DNA of 64,000 bases from Candidatus Pacearchaeota archaeon (GCA_041654895.1 JBAZCR010000001.1:11057-75056), one strand, 5' to 3'; counted from the stretch's first letter, positions 17,675 to 27,992 are shown. Notes: generated by a model from the sequence alone, not told the origin. Numbers and translations are program-made.

Positions 17675-19270
17675 ATGGTTAATGAGGTATTTAAAAAGTG
17701 TATAAAAAAAGGTTTTTTATTAGATAAAGAAATTTTAAATCTATTTAATGAATTAGGTGAAAAGGAATCCTCTGAAATTATTGATATTATAAGTAGTCTG
17801 AAAATGAATGAGAGAATCATCACAAAAAAAGTTTTAACTAAATTTATTCCAAAAATTAAGGCAAATTTATCTTTTGATTTTGAAAAAATAAATTTTTTCT
17901 TTGATTACTTTGAAGAAGGAAAAGTTATTAATGAATTAAAAAAAGAGAATAGTAATTTCAAGATATTAAGTGCTCCCTTCTTTCCTCAGAGGAAAATATC
18001 TGTTTCTGATTTTGTTAACCATTTTAAAGATAGATTTGAAAGCATAAAAAGTATCTTAGAAACAAAGAATCTGGAAAACTTAACAACTATTAGAAAAATT
18101 AAAGGGAATACAGGTAATTTTAGTTTTATAGGGGCTGTTTTAGATAAAAGAACTACTAAGAATAAAAATATTATGCTTGAAGTAGAAGATTTAACAGGCT
18201 CTATTAGTGTATTAGTTAATTCAAACAAAAAAGAAATATATGATAAAGCAAAAGATATTATATTAGATGATATTATTGGATTTAATATAAGTTCAAGTAG
18301 TAATTTTTTATACTGTAATGATTTAATATATCCTGATTGTATTTTAAATGAAAAAAAAAGAATTAAGGAAGATTCTTGGGCGGTTTTTATTAGTGATTTA
18401 CATTGTGGTTCTAAACTTTTTTTAGAAGAAAATTTTCTTAAATTTATAAAATGGATTAATGGGAAACAAGGAGACGAGGAATATAGAAAAATAGCTGAGA
18501 AGGTAAAATATTTATTCATTACAGGAGATTTAGTTGATGGTGTGAGTCATTATCCAGGACAAGAAAAGGATTTAAAGATTATGACTAGTGTAGGTCAATA
18601 TGCTAAGGTCGAAGAGCTTTTAAAATTGATAAGAAATGATATTCAAATATTTGCTTGTCCGGGAAATCATGATGCTGTTTGGGTTGGAGAACCTCAACCA
18701 ATTATAAGTGAAAGGTGGGCAGAAGGATTACATAAAATATCAAACTTAGAACTAGTAACTAATCCTTGCTTAATTGAAATTGATGGAGGTTTTAAGATTT
18801 TGATGTATCATGGTGCGAGTCTTAATCCTTTTGTTGAAGAACTTCCGGAAATAAGAGCAAAATATGGAAAGCATTCTCCTACAACGATTGTTAAAGAGAT
18901 TTTAAAGAGAAGGCATCTTTCTCCAATGCATGGATTAGTAGATTACATTCCTTGTGATAAAGATTCTTTAGTTATTAATACTATTCCGGATATTGTTTTA
19001 ACTGGAGATTTGCATAGATGTGAGGTTTCTATGCATAATAATATTTTATTGGTTGCTGGCTCTTGTTGGCAAGCACAAACGAATTTTATGGAAAAAGTTG
19101 GTGTTGAAGCAGATCCAAATAAAGCCATATTATTTAATTTAAAAACTAGAGAAATAAAAATAATAGATTTTAGTGAAGAAGATAAAAATGTTCAATGGTT
19201 AAAGAATCCTGAATTATATTGTCCTTATGATTGCAATTTTAATGGGGGGGATGAAAATAAAAGCATTTAA
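17675..19270 (+). CDS. polD1: DNA polymerase II (PolD) small subunit DP1, a calcineurin-like phosphoesterase
   Basis: OB-fold region followed by phosphoesterase motifs (FISDLHCGS, ITGDLVDG, CPGNHD, GDLH). Conserved position next to orc1. Confidence 0.8.
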   Translation: MVNEVFKKCIKKGFLLDKEILNLFNELGEKESSEIIDIISSLKMNERIITKKVLTKFIPKIKANLSFDFEKINFFFDYFEEGKVINELKKENSNFKILSAPFFPQRKISVSDFVNHFKDRFESIKSILETKNLENLTTIRKIKGNTGNFSFIGAVLDKRTTKNKNIMLEVEDLTGSISVLVNSNKKEIYDKAKDIILDDIIGFNISSSSNFLYCNDLIYPDCILNEKKRIKEDSWAVFISDLHCGSKLFLEENFLKFIKWINGKQGDEEYRKIAEKVKYLFITGDLVDGVSHYPGQEKDLKIMTSVGQYAKVEELLKLIRNDIQIFACPGNHDAVWVGEPQPIISERWAEGLHKISNLELVTNPCLIEIDGGFKILMYHGASLNPFVEELPEIRAKYGKHSPTTIVKEILKRRHLSPMHGLVDYIPCDKDSLVINTIPDIVLTGDLHRCEVSMHNNILLVAGSCWQAQTNFMEKVGVEADPNKAILFNLKTREIKIIDFSEEDKNVQWLKNPELYCPYDCNFNGGDENKSI

Positions 19271-19294
19271 AAAATGTTTTTTTGAATATTTATT

Positions 19295-20527
19295 ATGGAG
19301 ACATTAATAATTTTTTATTTTATATATTCTTTCATAGCATTTTATTTTTTAATAATGTATTTTTTAGTTTATATCAAGAATAAAAAAGATATATTTTATA
19401 CCCCTAAAACTGAGAGTAAAAGAGATTTAACTATTGTTATCCCTTGTTATAATGAACAAGAAAGTGTAGGTAAAACAATTGAATGTTTTTTAAAATCTGA
19501 TTATCCTTATTTGAAAAAGATAATTGTTGTAGATGATTGTTCTAAAGATAATTCATATAAAATAATTAAAAAATATGAACAAAAATATCCTGATTTGGTT
19601 TTAGCACTTAAAACTCCAAAAAATACTGGGAAAGCTGCAGGTTCTAAAAATTATGGTTTAAAATTTGTTAAAACAGAATTAGTTGGTTTTTCTGATTCTG
19701 ATTCTATGCCTAAAATAAATGCAATTACAAATATGATTGGTTTTTTTGACGATGAGACTGTTGGGGGAGTTACGTCGAGAGTTTTGGTTAAAAATAAAAC
19801 GAACTTTTTAGAATCATTGCAGTCTATTGAATATAAAGTAATAGCATTTACTCGTAAGTTAATGGGTTTTATAGATTCTATTTATGTTACAACAGGACCT
19901 CTTTCCATATATAGAACTAAAATTGTTAAGGATGATTTAGGGGGTTTTGATGAAAATAATTTAACTGAGGATATTGAGCTTACATGGAATGTAGTAAAAT
20001 CAGGATGGAGGGTTGAAATGTCTATGAATTCATTAGTTTATACTTATGTTCCTAGAACTTTAAAAGTTTGGTTTAAACAAAGAATTCGTTGGAATGTGGG
20101 GGGTATGCAAACAGTAAAAAAATATTTACCTTCAATTCATAAATGTGGTTTTTTAGGAAAATTTATTATGCCCTTCTTTTTATTTTCATGGTTTATTGGT
20201 TTAAGTGGACTTTTTGTGATAGTTTATAGATATTCTAGAGAAATATTTATTAAATATATGTCTGCTTATCTTTCTACAAAATCAGAAATAGCCATTATTA
20301 CTTTTAGAGATTTAGCAATAAACCCCACTATATTGTTCTTTTTAGGAATCATTTTATTTGCATTAGGATTGAGTTTTATGCTTGCTTCTTTAGTTTATTC
20401 AAAAGAAAAAGGCTACAGTCATGCCTTGCACGAAATATTTATATATTCTTTTTTTTATGTTGTATTATATCCTGCAATATTAATAACATCATTATTTAAT
20501 TTTATGAGGGGTTATAATAAATGGTAA
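19295..20527 (+). CDS. Family-2 glycosyltransferase, membrane-embedded processive type
   Basis: VIPCYNEQ, VVDDCSKDNS (DxD) and the QRIRW (QxxRW) motif, with N- and C-terminal TM helices. Confidence 0.7.
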   Translation: METLIIFYFIYSFIAFYFLIMYFLVYIKNKKDIFYTPKTESKRDLTIVIPCYNEQESVGKTIECFLKSDYPYLKKIIVVDDCSKDNSYKIIKKYEQKYPDLVLALKTPKNTGKAAGSKNYGLKFVKTELVGFSDSDSMPKINAITNMIGFFDDETVGGVTSRVLVKNKTNFLESLQSIEYKVIAFTRKLMGFIDSIYVTTGPLSIYRTKIVKDDLGGFDENNLTEDIELTWNVVKSGWRVEMSMNSLVYTYVPRTLKVWFKQRIRWNVGGMQTVKKYLPSIHKCGFLGKFIMPFFLFSWFIGLSGLFVIVYRYSREIFIKYMSAYLSTKSEIAIITFRDLAINPTILFFLGIILFALGLSFMLASLVYSKEKGYSHALHEIFIYSFFYVVLYPAILITSLFNFMRGYNKW

Positions 20528-20539
20528 AATGGAGAAAAA

Positions 20540-21190
20540 ATGTTACTTAAAAATAAATTTATTTTTTTAGAAGCACTTTTAATAACAATTTTAATTTTTG
20601 TAATTGGTATATTTATAGGGATTAGTATTGAAAATAAGAACAATTATAATTCTCAAGTATTTTATATGAATTCTGAAGCAGATTTAATGGATAGTTATAT
20701 TTTAACAAATTTAATTTCTGAAGAGAAAAATTGTGATATAGTAACTAAAGAAACAATTAATTTTGCTAATAAGGTTTATGAGAAATCTTTGTTGCTTGAA
20801 GATTATGATAAATTTGCCCTTTTAATGGATGATTTAACTATGTTGAATAAAAGATATACTTTAATGAAAACATTTTTATGGAAATCAAATTTAGATAACT
20901 TAAATTGTTTAAATAATACAAAAATGATTGTTTATCTTTATAATTATAATACGGATGATTTGGCTATTGAGGCTGAGCAAAATGTATGGTCAAGATTATT
21001 AATGCAAATTAAACAAGATGATAAAAATTTAATTTTACTACCAATTGCTGCTAATTTAGATGTTTCTTCATTAGATTTCATTTTAAATGAATTTAATATT
21101 GAAAAAGTACCTGCCGTTATTGTAAATAATAAAGAAATATTCTATGATTTAGAAAAAAAAGATGACTTAAAAAATATTATTTATAACTAA
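20540..21190 (+). CDS. Hypothetical membrane-anchored protein
   Basis: Single N-terminal TM helix. No motifs. Confidence 0.3.
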   Translation: MLLKNKFIFLEALLITILIFVIGIFIGISIENKNNYNSQVFYMNSEADLMDSYILTNLISEEKNCDIVTKETINFANKVYEKSLLLEDYDKFALLMDDLTMLNKRYTLMKTFLWKSNLDNLNCLNNTKMIVYLYNYNTDDLAIEAEQNVWSRLLMQIKQDDKNLILLPIAANLDVSSLDFILNEFNIEKVPAVIVNNKEIFYDLEKKDDLKNIIYN

Positions 21191-21246
21191 TTTATTCTAT
21201 GTTTTAGTTTACAGTCATTTATATAAAAGACATTCTTATTTTATAT

Positions 21247-24200
21247 TTGATGGAGAAAACTTTAGCAAAACCAGGTTATTGGGATGTTGATTCTTACTTT
21301 ATTGATTTAGAAAATAGTGTTAAAAAAGAGTATGAGGTTGCAAATAAGGCGAGGAAAGTTGGAATTGATCCAAAAGATAAAGTTGAAATTCCTCTAGCAA
21401 CAAGTATGGCTGAAAAGTGTGTTGGCTTAATCTCTACGGTTTACCCTCAATTACCGATTCAAGAAATAACTTCTCGTATGTTAGAATTAGAACAAAAATA
21501 TGGCCAATTAGATACGACTGTTAGTTTTATCATTGCAAAAGAAATTGCTGAAGAAAAGTTTTGTAATTTTAAAAATAAACTTGAAGGAATTGATGCAGGA
21601 ATAAGATTGGGGTTTGCATATTTGACTTTAGGTGTTGTTGCCTCTCCTATTGAAGGATATACGGGTTTAGAAATTGGCAAAACAAAAGATGGAAAAGAAT
21701 ATTTCATTGTAAATTTTAGTGGACCAATTAGATCTGCTGGAACAACAGCTACTTGTGTTATTTTAATGTTAATTGATTTTTTAAGAGACTATTTTGGCTA
21801 TGCAAAATATGATCCAGATGAAATTGAGGTTAAAAGGTATGTTACAGAATGTACTGATTATCATGAAAGAATAACAAATTTACAATATTTTCCAACAGAA
21901 GAAGAAATGATTTTTTTAGCAAAAAATTTGCCGATTCAGATTTCTGGGGATCCTACTGAAAGTAAAGAGGTTAGTAATTATAAGGATTTATCGAGGGTTA
22001 ATACTAATTATATTCGAGGAGGAATGTGTCTTACTTTTGCAGAGGGATTAGCACAAAAGGCTGCAAAAGGTCTTAAAAGGTTAAATAGCCCTAAAAAAAA
22101 TGGTTTAAAATGTGATGGTTGGGATTTTTTAAATGAATATTTAGAGATACATTCTAAGAGAGAAAAGGGAGGTGAAGATATTATAGCAACTTATATTAAG
22201 GATTTAGTTGCAGGTCGTCCGGTTTATGGTCATCCTTCAAGAAGTGGCGGATTTAGGTTTAGGTATGGTAGAAGTAGGATTAGTGGTTTTAGTTCTGTAA
22301 GTATTCATCCTGCAACAATGGGTGTTACAAATGGTTTTTTGTCTCATGGGACTCAATTAAAAATAGAAAAACCTACAAAAGGGTGTATTATTACTTCTTG
22401 TGATAGTATTGATGGACCTATTGTAAAATTGAGAAAAGGAAGTGTTAGAAAATTAAATGATTTAAATGAGGCCTTAAAATTATATAAGGATGTTAAAGAA
22501 ATCATTTACTTGGGAGATATTCTTTTTCCACTAGGAGATGTGATGGATAGGAATCATAATTTAATAAAATCAGGATATGTCGAGGAGTGGTGGGATTTAG
22601 AATTAAAGAAAAAGTTAGAAATTACTGGAGAAGTATTAGAATATGATTATAATAATATTAATTTCGAAGAAGCATTAATTATAAGTGAGAAATATTCTAT
22701 GAGTCTTTATCCAAAGTATATTTATTATTGGAATCAAATTGATATAGATTCTTTTTTATGGCTGCTTGATTGGTTAAGAAATGGTATATGGAGAGGAGAT
22801 GAAGACGGAAAACTAGTTTTACCTTGGAGTGAAATGGTAAGAGATAAGTTCTCAAAGGGAAAGAGAGCTTTAGAATTGATTGGGTTGCCTCATGAAGTAG
22901 TTTTTGACAATGTTGTTTTAGATAATATTAATTCTAAAGCATTATTAACTAATTTAGGAATTTTGGTTGAAAAAAAAGAGGGAGAAACAATAAAAGAGAA
23001 GATTAATATTATTTTAGAAAAAAAAGAAGATTTTGTTGAAGATGTTCTTAAAAATATTAATTTTTTGTCTGAATATGAAATTAAAGATAAATCAGGTGAA
23101 TTTATTGGCTCTAGAATGGGTCGTCCTGAAAAAGCTAAATTAAGAAAATTAAAAGGTAGTCCTAATTGTTTATTTCCTGTTTCAGAACAAGGAGGAAGAT
23201 TAAGAAGTGTATTAGAGACAGTTAAGGTCGGTTATATTAAATCAAGCTGGCCATTATATAAATGTGATTGTGGTAATGAAACAATTTATCCTCTTTGTGA
23301 AAAATGTGGAAATAAAACAAAAAGAAATTATTATTGTAGGATTTGTGATAAGGTTAGCGAAATTCCTTGTCAAGAACATGAGAATGTTGTAAGTGCATTA
23401 AACAAAAAAATAGATTCTTCTTATTATTTTGATGATGCATTAAAAAAATTAGGCTATGATAAAGGTCAAATTCCAAATTTAATTAAGGGGGTTAGGGGTT
23501 TAACTAATGAAAATTCTGATTTAGAACATTTGGGAAAAGGAATTTTGAGAGCAAAATATAATTTGTGCGTAAATAAAGATGGTACTATAAGATATGATGG
23601 TACTGAGTTTTGTTTAACACATTTTAAACCTCAAGAAATAGGAACTAGTATTGAGCTCTTAAAAAAATTAGGTTATGAAAAAGATATTTATGGAGATAAT
23701 TTAATTGATGAATCTCAAATTTTAGAATTAAAGCCACATGACGTTGTTTTACCTTCTTGTAAAGATACTCCCGATGAAAAAGCAGATGATGTTTTTATGA
23801 ATATATCTCAATTTATAGATGAAGAATTAGAAAAACTATATGGCTTGGAAAAATATTATAATTTGAAAAAGAGAGAAGATTTAATTGGCCAGTTAATAGT
23901 ATGTATGGCTCCTCATAATTGTGCAGGAGTTATAGGAAGAATAATTGGATTTAGCCAGTTGCAAGGTATTGTAGCAAGCCCTTATATGCATGCTGCTATG
24001 AGGAGAGATTGTGATGGGGATGAAGCTGCTGTTATGATGTTAATGGATGTTTTGATTAATTTTAGTAAGGAATATTTGCCTAGTCATAGGGGTGGGACTC
24101 AAGATGCTCCTTTAGTATTAAATACGAAAATTCAAGCAGGAGAAGTAGACGATCAGATTTTGGATTTTGAAACTTGTAGTTCTTATCCTTTAGAAATGTA

Positions 24201-24759
24201 TGAATTATCTCAAGAGAATGTTCATTCGAGTAATGTTAAAATGGAAAGGGTTAAAGATAGATTAAAGGAAAATATTTGTCCTTTTAGTGGCACTGGTTTT
24301 ACGCATGATTGTAAAGACTTCAATATTGGTATTTTAAATGGAGCATATAAGGTTTTACCTACAATGAAAGATAAAGTTGAAAAGCAAATGGAATTAGTTG
24401 AAAAGATTCGTGCAGTTGATACTGACGATGTTGCTCGTTTAGTTATTGAAAGGCACTTTATTAGGGATATAAGAGGTAATTTAAGAAAATTTTCTCATCA
24501 ACAATTTAGATGTGTTAAATGTAATACTAAATTTAGAAGACCTCCTTTAATTGGGATTTGTACAAAATGTGGTGGAAAGATAATTTTTACAATTAGTGAA
24601 GGTTCAATTAAAAAGTATTTAGAACCTGCATTATCTTTAGCAAAAAATTATAAAATATCTGAATACACTCGAGAAGGTTTGGAATTAACAAAGTTATATA
24701 TTGAGAGTATTTTTGGTAAAGATACTGAAAAACAAGAAGATTTAAAGAAATGGTTTTAA
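21247..24759 (+). CDS. polD2: DNA polymerase II (PolD) large catalytic subunit DP2
   Basis: 1170 aa. Has multiple Cys4 Zn modules (CDCGNETIYPLCEKCGN; CRICDK...C; C-terminal CVKCNTKFRRPPLIGICTKCGG), the DP2 catalytic region (...AMRRDCDGDEAAVMMLMDVLINFS...), and is located near DP1. Confidence 0.85.
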   Translation: MMEKTLAKPGYWDVDSYFIDLENSVKKEYEVANKARKVGIDPKDKVEIPLATSMAEKCVGLISTVYPQLPIQEITSRMLELEQKYGQLDTTVSFIIAKEIAEEKFCNFKNKLEGIDAGIRLGFAYLTLGVVASPIEGYTGLEIGKTKDGKEYFIVNFSGPIRSAGTTATCVILMLIDFLRDYFGYAKYDPDEIEVKRYVTECTDYHERITNLQYFPTEEEMIFLAKNLPIQISGDPTESKEVSNYKDLSRVNTNYIRGGMCLTFAEGLAQKAAKGLKRLNSPKKNGLKCDGWDFLNEYLEIHSKREKGGEDIIATYIKDLVAGRPVYGHPSRSGGFRFRYGRSRISGFSSVSIHPATMGVTNGFLSHGTQLKIEKPTKGCIITSCDSIDGPIVKLRKGSVRKLNDLNEALKLYKDVKEIIYLGDILFPLGDVMDRNHNLIKSGYVEEWWDLELKKKLEITGEVLEYDYNNINFEEALIISEKYSMSLYPKYIYYWNQIDIDSFLWLLDWLRNGIWRGDEDGKLVLPWSEMVRDKFSKGKRALELIGLPHEVVFDNVVLDNINSKALLTNLGILVEKKEGETIKEKINIILEKKEDFVEDVLKNINFLSEYEIKDKSGEFIGSRMGRPEKAKLRKLKGSPNCLFPVSEQGGRLRSVLETVKVGYIKSSWPLYKCDCGNETIYPLCEKCGNKTKRNYYCRICDKVSEIPCQEHENVVSALNKKIDSSYYFDDALKKLGYDKGQIPNLIKGVRGLTNENSDLEHLGKGILRAKYNLCVNKDGTIRYDGTEFCLTHFKPQEIGTSIELLKKLGYEKDIYGDNLIDESQILELKPHDVVLPSCKDTPDEKADDVFMNISQFIDEELEKLYGLEKYYNLKKREDLIGQLIVCMAPHNCAGVIGRIIGFSQLQGIVASPYMHAAMRRDCDGDEAAVMMLMDVLINFSKEYLPSHRGGTQDAPLVLNTKIQAGEVDDQILDFETCSSYPLEMYELSQENVHSSNVKMERVKDRLKENICPFSGTGFTHDCKDFNIGILNGAYKVLPTMKDKVEKQMELVEKIRAVDTDDVARLVIERHFIRDIRGNLRKFSHQQFRCVKCNTKFRRPPLIGICTKCGGKIIFTISEGSIKKYLEPALSLAKNYKISEYTREGLELTKLYIESIFGKDTEKQEDLKKWF

Positions 24760-24802
24760 TCTTTAACCAAAGATTTATAAATTTAAAATTTAGTTGTTAA
24801 AT

Positions 24803-24952
24803 ATGAATAAATGTGTTAGTTGTGATAAAAGATCTTTAGATAGTGTTAAATTTCCTTGTCCAAAATGTAAAAATGGGATGATGAGATGTAATAAATGTAG
24901 AAGTTTATCTGTGGATTATACTTGTCCTAAATGTGGATATAGGGGGCCTTAA
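24803..24952 (+). CDS. Small double Zn-ribbon protein (COG2888-like), upstream partner of aEF-1beta
   Basis: 49-aa ORF MNKCVSCDKRSLDSVKFPCPKCKNGMMRCNKCRSLSVDYTCPKCGYRGP, absent from the ORF track. This Zn-ribbon/EF1B gene pair is conserved in archaea. Confidence 0.5.
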   Translation: MNKCVSCDKRSLDSVKFPCPKCKNGMMRCNKCRSLSVDYTCPKCGYRGP

Positions 24953-24953
24953 G

Positions 24954-25226
24954 ATGGGGATAAGTGCTGTTCAATATAAAGTTTTACCAGAAAACATAGA
25001 CATTAATTTGGATATCTTAAAAGAAAAAATAAAAAGGGTTATTGAAGAGAATAAGGGTCTTGTTTCTGATGTTGTAGAACAACCAATTGCTTTTGGGTTA
25101 AAAGCCCTAATTTTTTCTTTTGCATTTCCTGAAGAAAATGATGTAGAGCAAATAGAAAATTTTATTAAAGGTGTTGAAGGGGTTTCAAGTTGTGAATTAA
25201 TTGACTATAGAAGGGCTTTGGGATAG
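24954..25226 (+). CDS. ef1b: Translation elongation factor aEF-1 beta
   Basis: MGISAVQYKVLPENIDINLDIL...PIAFGLKALIFSFAFPEE...VEGVSSCELIDYRRALG. Start trimmed to the ATG at 24954 (the track's start is probably TTG/GTG-extended). Confidence 0.75.
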   Translation: MGISAVQYKVLPENIDINLDILKEKIKRVIEENKGLVSDVVEQPIAFGLKALIFSFAFPEENDVEQIENFIKGVEGVSSCELIDYRRALG

Positions 25227-25299
25227 TTTTTAATCTTTATTAAAAAAATTAAAGGTTATGTGAAGTTAAATTTATAATTATCAATTTATTAGTATTTTT

Positions 25300-25935
25300 A
25301 TGACATTAAGCGATTTTGAAATAAGGGAAATTAAGGAAAAACTTCTTTCTCAAGTAAATAATTTACCTCCTGAAAAAAGAAAAGAAGTTGAAAATCAAAT
25401 TAAGAATATGTCTTCGAAAGATTTTGAAAAATTTTTAGAAAAAAACGAAAGTATTTCTAAGTGTCTTTTTTGTTCTATACTTGAAGGTGAAGTTGAAAGC
25501 GTTAAGATTTATGAAGATAAGTTAAGCTCTTATATATTGGATATAAATCCTTTAAGCTATGGCCATACTCTTGTTATTCCTAAAGATCATGGGATTCAAG
25601 ATGTTGAAAGATATAAAGAAGGAATAGAATATATTTCAGAAATATTTAAACAGATTTTTGTTCCTAAAGAAATTAAAATCTTGAGCAAGTCTCCTTTTGG
25701 GCACACTATTTTTGAAATTGTTCCAGATTATGGAGAACCCTTAATAAAGAAGAAGGTTGAGTTAAAGGAATTAAAAAGGATTAAAAATACATTTGAAAAA
25801 TTTTTACAAAAACCTGAAGAAAAGTCTCAAGAAGATTTTGAGGATAATTTAAATAGCAAAGAAGAACCTAAAATAAAAACTTTTAATAAAGAAGTTAAAG
25901 ATGAATTTCCTAAATTTTACTCTAGAATTCCTTAA
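25300..25935 (+). CDS. HIT-like domain protein with a charged C-terminal extension
   Basis: CLFCSILEGE...IYEDKLSSYILDINPLSYGHTLVIPKDH parallels the Hint/Fhit N-terminal block, but the His triad HxHxHxx is not canonical. Confidence 0.4.
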   Translation: MTLSDFEIREIKEKLLSQVNNLPPEKRKEVENQIKNMSSKDFEKFLEKNESISKCLFCSILEGEVESVKIYEDKLSSYILDINPLSYGHTLVIPKDHGIQDVERYKEGIEYISEIFKQIFVPKEIKILSKSPFGHTIFEIVPDYGEPLIKKKVELKELKRIKNTFEKFLQKPEEKSQEDFEDNLNSKEEPKIKTFNKEVKDEFPKFYSRIP

Positions 25936-25936
25936 T

Positions 25937-26767
25937 CTAAAATAAAAATAGAAGATAAGTAATTAAATTATCTTTAAATAATAAATAACAAACAAAAGCT
26001 ATTGCAAAGGCAGGTGCAAAGGGAATTCCTTCTTTTATAGTAACAGATTTTTTACTCTTTTGTATTAACTCTAATTCTTTTAATGAAATGCCTTTAAAAT
26101 CAGATTTTATTATTCTATTTTTTATTTTAATATTACTTGCTAACCAATCGCCTTGTTTTAAATCCTTTACATTAATTTTCTTTGTTAAAACTTTTTCTTG
26201 TAAGATTTTTGCAATAGAGAATAAAACTGGTGTAATTAAGAGTAAAATGGGGACTAGAATTAAAGTATTATTAATAAACGTTAGAGGAGTTGTTAATATT
26301 GAAAGGACTAAAAATAATTTTATTTTGTTTTTGATAAACTCTTTTCTTATTTCTTCCTTTATTTTCTTGAAATTTTTAAAATAAAGGAAAATCAAAAATA
26401 GAAGTCCATATATGCTGCCTGAAAAAATTAGTAAAATTAGGAAGAGAATTATATTTGAAAAAACTAATTTTATTTGGTTTGTTACAAATAATGGTGTTAA
26501 GGCTATAAGAAGATGATAATCACCTCCAGCAAAAATATTTGAATAATAAAGTATGTTTGCTAACAAAAATACTCCTACGAAGGTTATTAAAAAATAAATG
26601 AGAATTAAATATTCTTTGGTGATTAACGATTTTAAGATAAGATAAATTGCTCCAGAAATAAAAATTAATAAATTTAACCAATTATCTATTTCTCTTCTTT
26701 TAATATCTTGGATTATTGCTAATACTAATCCAAAAGAAATCACGCCAATTAAAAAAGAATTAATCAT
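25937..26767 (-). CDS. A24-family prepilin/preflagellin peptidase (PibD/FlaK-like)
   Basis: Polytopic membrane protein. Asp residues at about 21 (IIQDIKRREID) and about 83 in FAGGDYHL (GGD motif), spaced as in PibD D23/D80. Terminal gene of a pilin operon. Confidence 0.6.
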   Translation of the reverse strand: MINSFLIGVISFGLVLAIIQDIKRREIDNWLNLLIFISGAIYLILKSLITKEYLILIYFLITFVGVFLLANILYYSNIFAGGDYHLLIALTPLFVTNQIKLVFSNIILFLILLIFSGSIYGLLFLIFLYFKNFKKIKEEIRKEFIKNKIKLFLVLSILTTPLTFINNTLILVPILLLITPVLFSIAKILQEKVLTKKINVKDLKQGDWLASNIKIKNRIIKSDFKGISLKELELIQKSKKSVTIKEGIPFAPAFAIAFVCYLLFKDNLITYLLFLF

Positions 26768-26909
26768 CTTTACTTTTACTTTTATTTTGTTCTTCTATTT
26801 TTTCTAAATTAATTGTCCTATATTTTCCACCTTTTTTATAAACTCTATATTGTCTTTTTCTTTTAAGATCTTTTTTTGTTTTTCTTTTTTCTGTTGAATT
26901 TAGTTTCAT
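26760..26909 (-). CDS. Small basic hypothetical ORF, translationally coupled to the peptidase gene
   Basis: 49-aa ORF MKLNSTEKRKTKKDLKRKRQYRVYKKGGKYRTINLEK... Its stop overlaps the peptidase ATG (GATGATTAA). Not in the ORF track and could be spurious. Confidence 0.2.
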   Translation of the reverse strand: MKLNSTEKRKTKKDLKRKRQYRVYKKGGKYRTINLEKIEEQNKSKSKDD

Positions 26910-26919
26910 TTTTATTTTC

Positions 26920-27447
26920 CTAGCAATTTATATTATACTCTTTATTATAAGTATAATCTAATATTGTTTTAAATTTTACTTTTTCAAATTGGCTTTTTTC
27001 TGAATCTAAGGGTTCTAAAATTATTTTTTTATTTAAATTTTTTCTAGATATTATTAAGTTTTCATTCTCTATTTTAATAACATAAAGTTCTTCGCAAAAG
27101 TTAATCCAACTTTCTTTATTTTGCCAACTTGATTCCACTATTCTTTGGTTGTCAACATATAAATCTTCTTTTAAGTATTCAGAATAAGGTTCTAATTTCT
27201 CACAAAAATTGATTTTATTAAACCTTTCATTAGGTGAATCCTCACAGAATAGTTCTTTAATTAATTTTTCTTCATTATACTCAAAAATTCTTTGTTTGTC
27301 TTCTATTAATAATACTTTAATTGGAGAAATTAAAGAAGCGTTTATATTTTTTTGATTTTGAATATACCCTAAAAAGACTAAACCTAAAAAAAATAAGGTA
27401 ATTAAAACAAGATACAATGAGAACAATTGTCCTTTTTTATTTTTCAT
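26920..27447 (-). CDS. Type IV pilin-like protein (class III signal peptide)
   Basis: MKNKKGQ-LFSLYLVLITLFFLGLVFLGY: short basic n-region, KG/Q cleavage-like site, then about 20 hydrophobic residues. Confidence 0.5.
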   Translation of the reverse strand: MKNKKGQLFSLYLVLITLFFLGLVFLGYIQNQKNINASLISPIKVLLIEDKQRIFEYNEEKLIKELFCEDSPNERFNKINFCEKLEPYSEYLKEDLYVDNQRIVESSWQNKESWINFCEELYVIKIENENLIISRKNLNKKIILEPLDSEKSQFEKVKFKTILDYTYNKEYNINC

Positions 27448-27992
27448 CTTAAAATTTCCTTATAAAAATTTAGTTTTATTGAAGAAATATCTTTCTCTTG
27501 ATTTAAAAGATTTAAACTTTTTTGATATTCTGAATCTTTTAGATTATTTAATAATTCAAAATTTTCTTTAGAGATTGTTCTTCCTGAACCACCGTCTAAG
27601 ATAATAGAATGTATTGTCATACCCTGTCCCTTCTTTGAATCAAGTTTAATTGAATTTAAAGAGATTAATTTTTCCTCTTGAATTAAATATAATTTTCCTC
27701 CTGAATCTAATAGTTCAATTGACTTAAAATTTTCATTACTTATTTCAAAGATGGCCAAATTATTTTTGATGAATTTGTTATTTAACTTGTCTTCTGTATT
27801 TTGTTCTAATATTTGATTAAATAATATCTGATAAAAATCCAGAGCTAATTTATCTTGGCTTATCGGGTTGTGACTTTTATTTTTGATGGTAGAACTAAAT
27901 ACCAAAGAGAGAATTAGTAATATAATAATGATTATTGTTGCTATAAACAAAGATAAAAAACCTCCAATAAGTGCCCTCTTATTCATTAACAT
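27444..27992 (-). CDS. Type IV pilin-like protein
   Basis: MLMNKRALIGGFLSLFIATIIIIILLILSLVF class III-like N-terminus. Stop/start overlap with neighbours. Confidence 0.5.
   Translation of the reverse strand: MLMNKRALIGGFLSLFIATIIIIILLILSLVFSSTIKNKSHNPISQDKLALDFYQILFNQILEQNTEDKLNNKFIKNNLAIFEISNENFKSIELLDSGGKLYLIQEEKLISLNSIKLDSKKGQGMTIHSIILDGGSGRTISKENFELLNNLKDSEYQKSLNLLNQEKDISSIKLNFYKEILR

Noticed and set aside
17127-19128. Antisense/embedded ORFs within orc1 and DP1 (17127..17315, 17986..18519, 18943..19128) and similar ones within other large genes (21459..21707, 37576..37785, 38237..38497, 39330..39644, 31314..31526, 32124..32375, 57241..57489, 57891..58079, 45032..45414)
   Set aside because: Embedded in confident coding regions, with no motifs. 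Expected by chance in AT-rich DNA.
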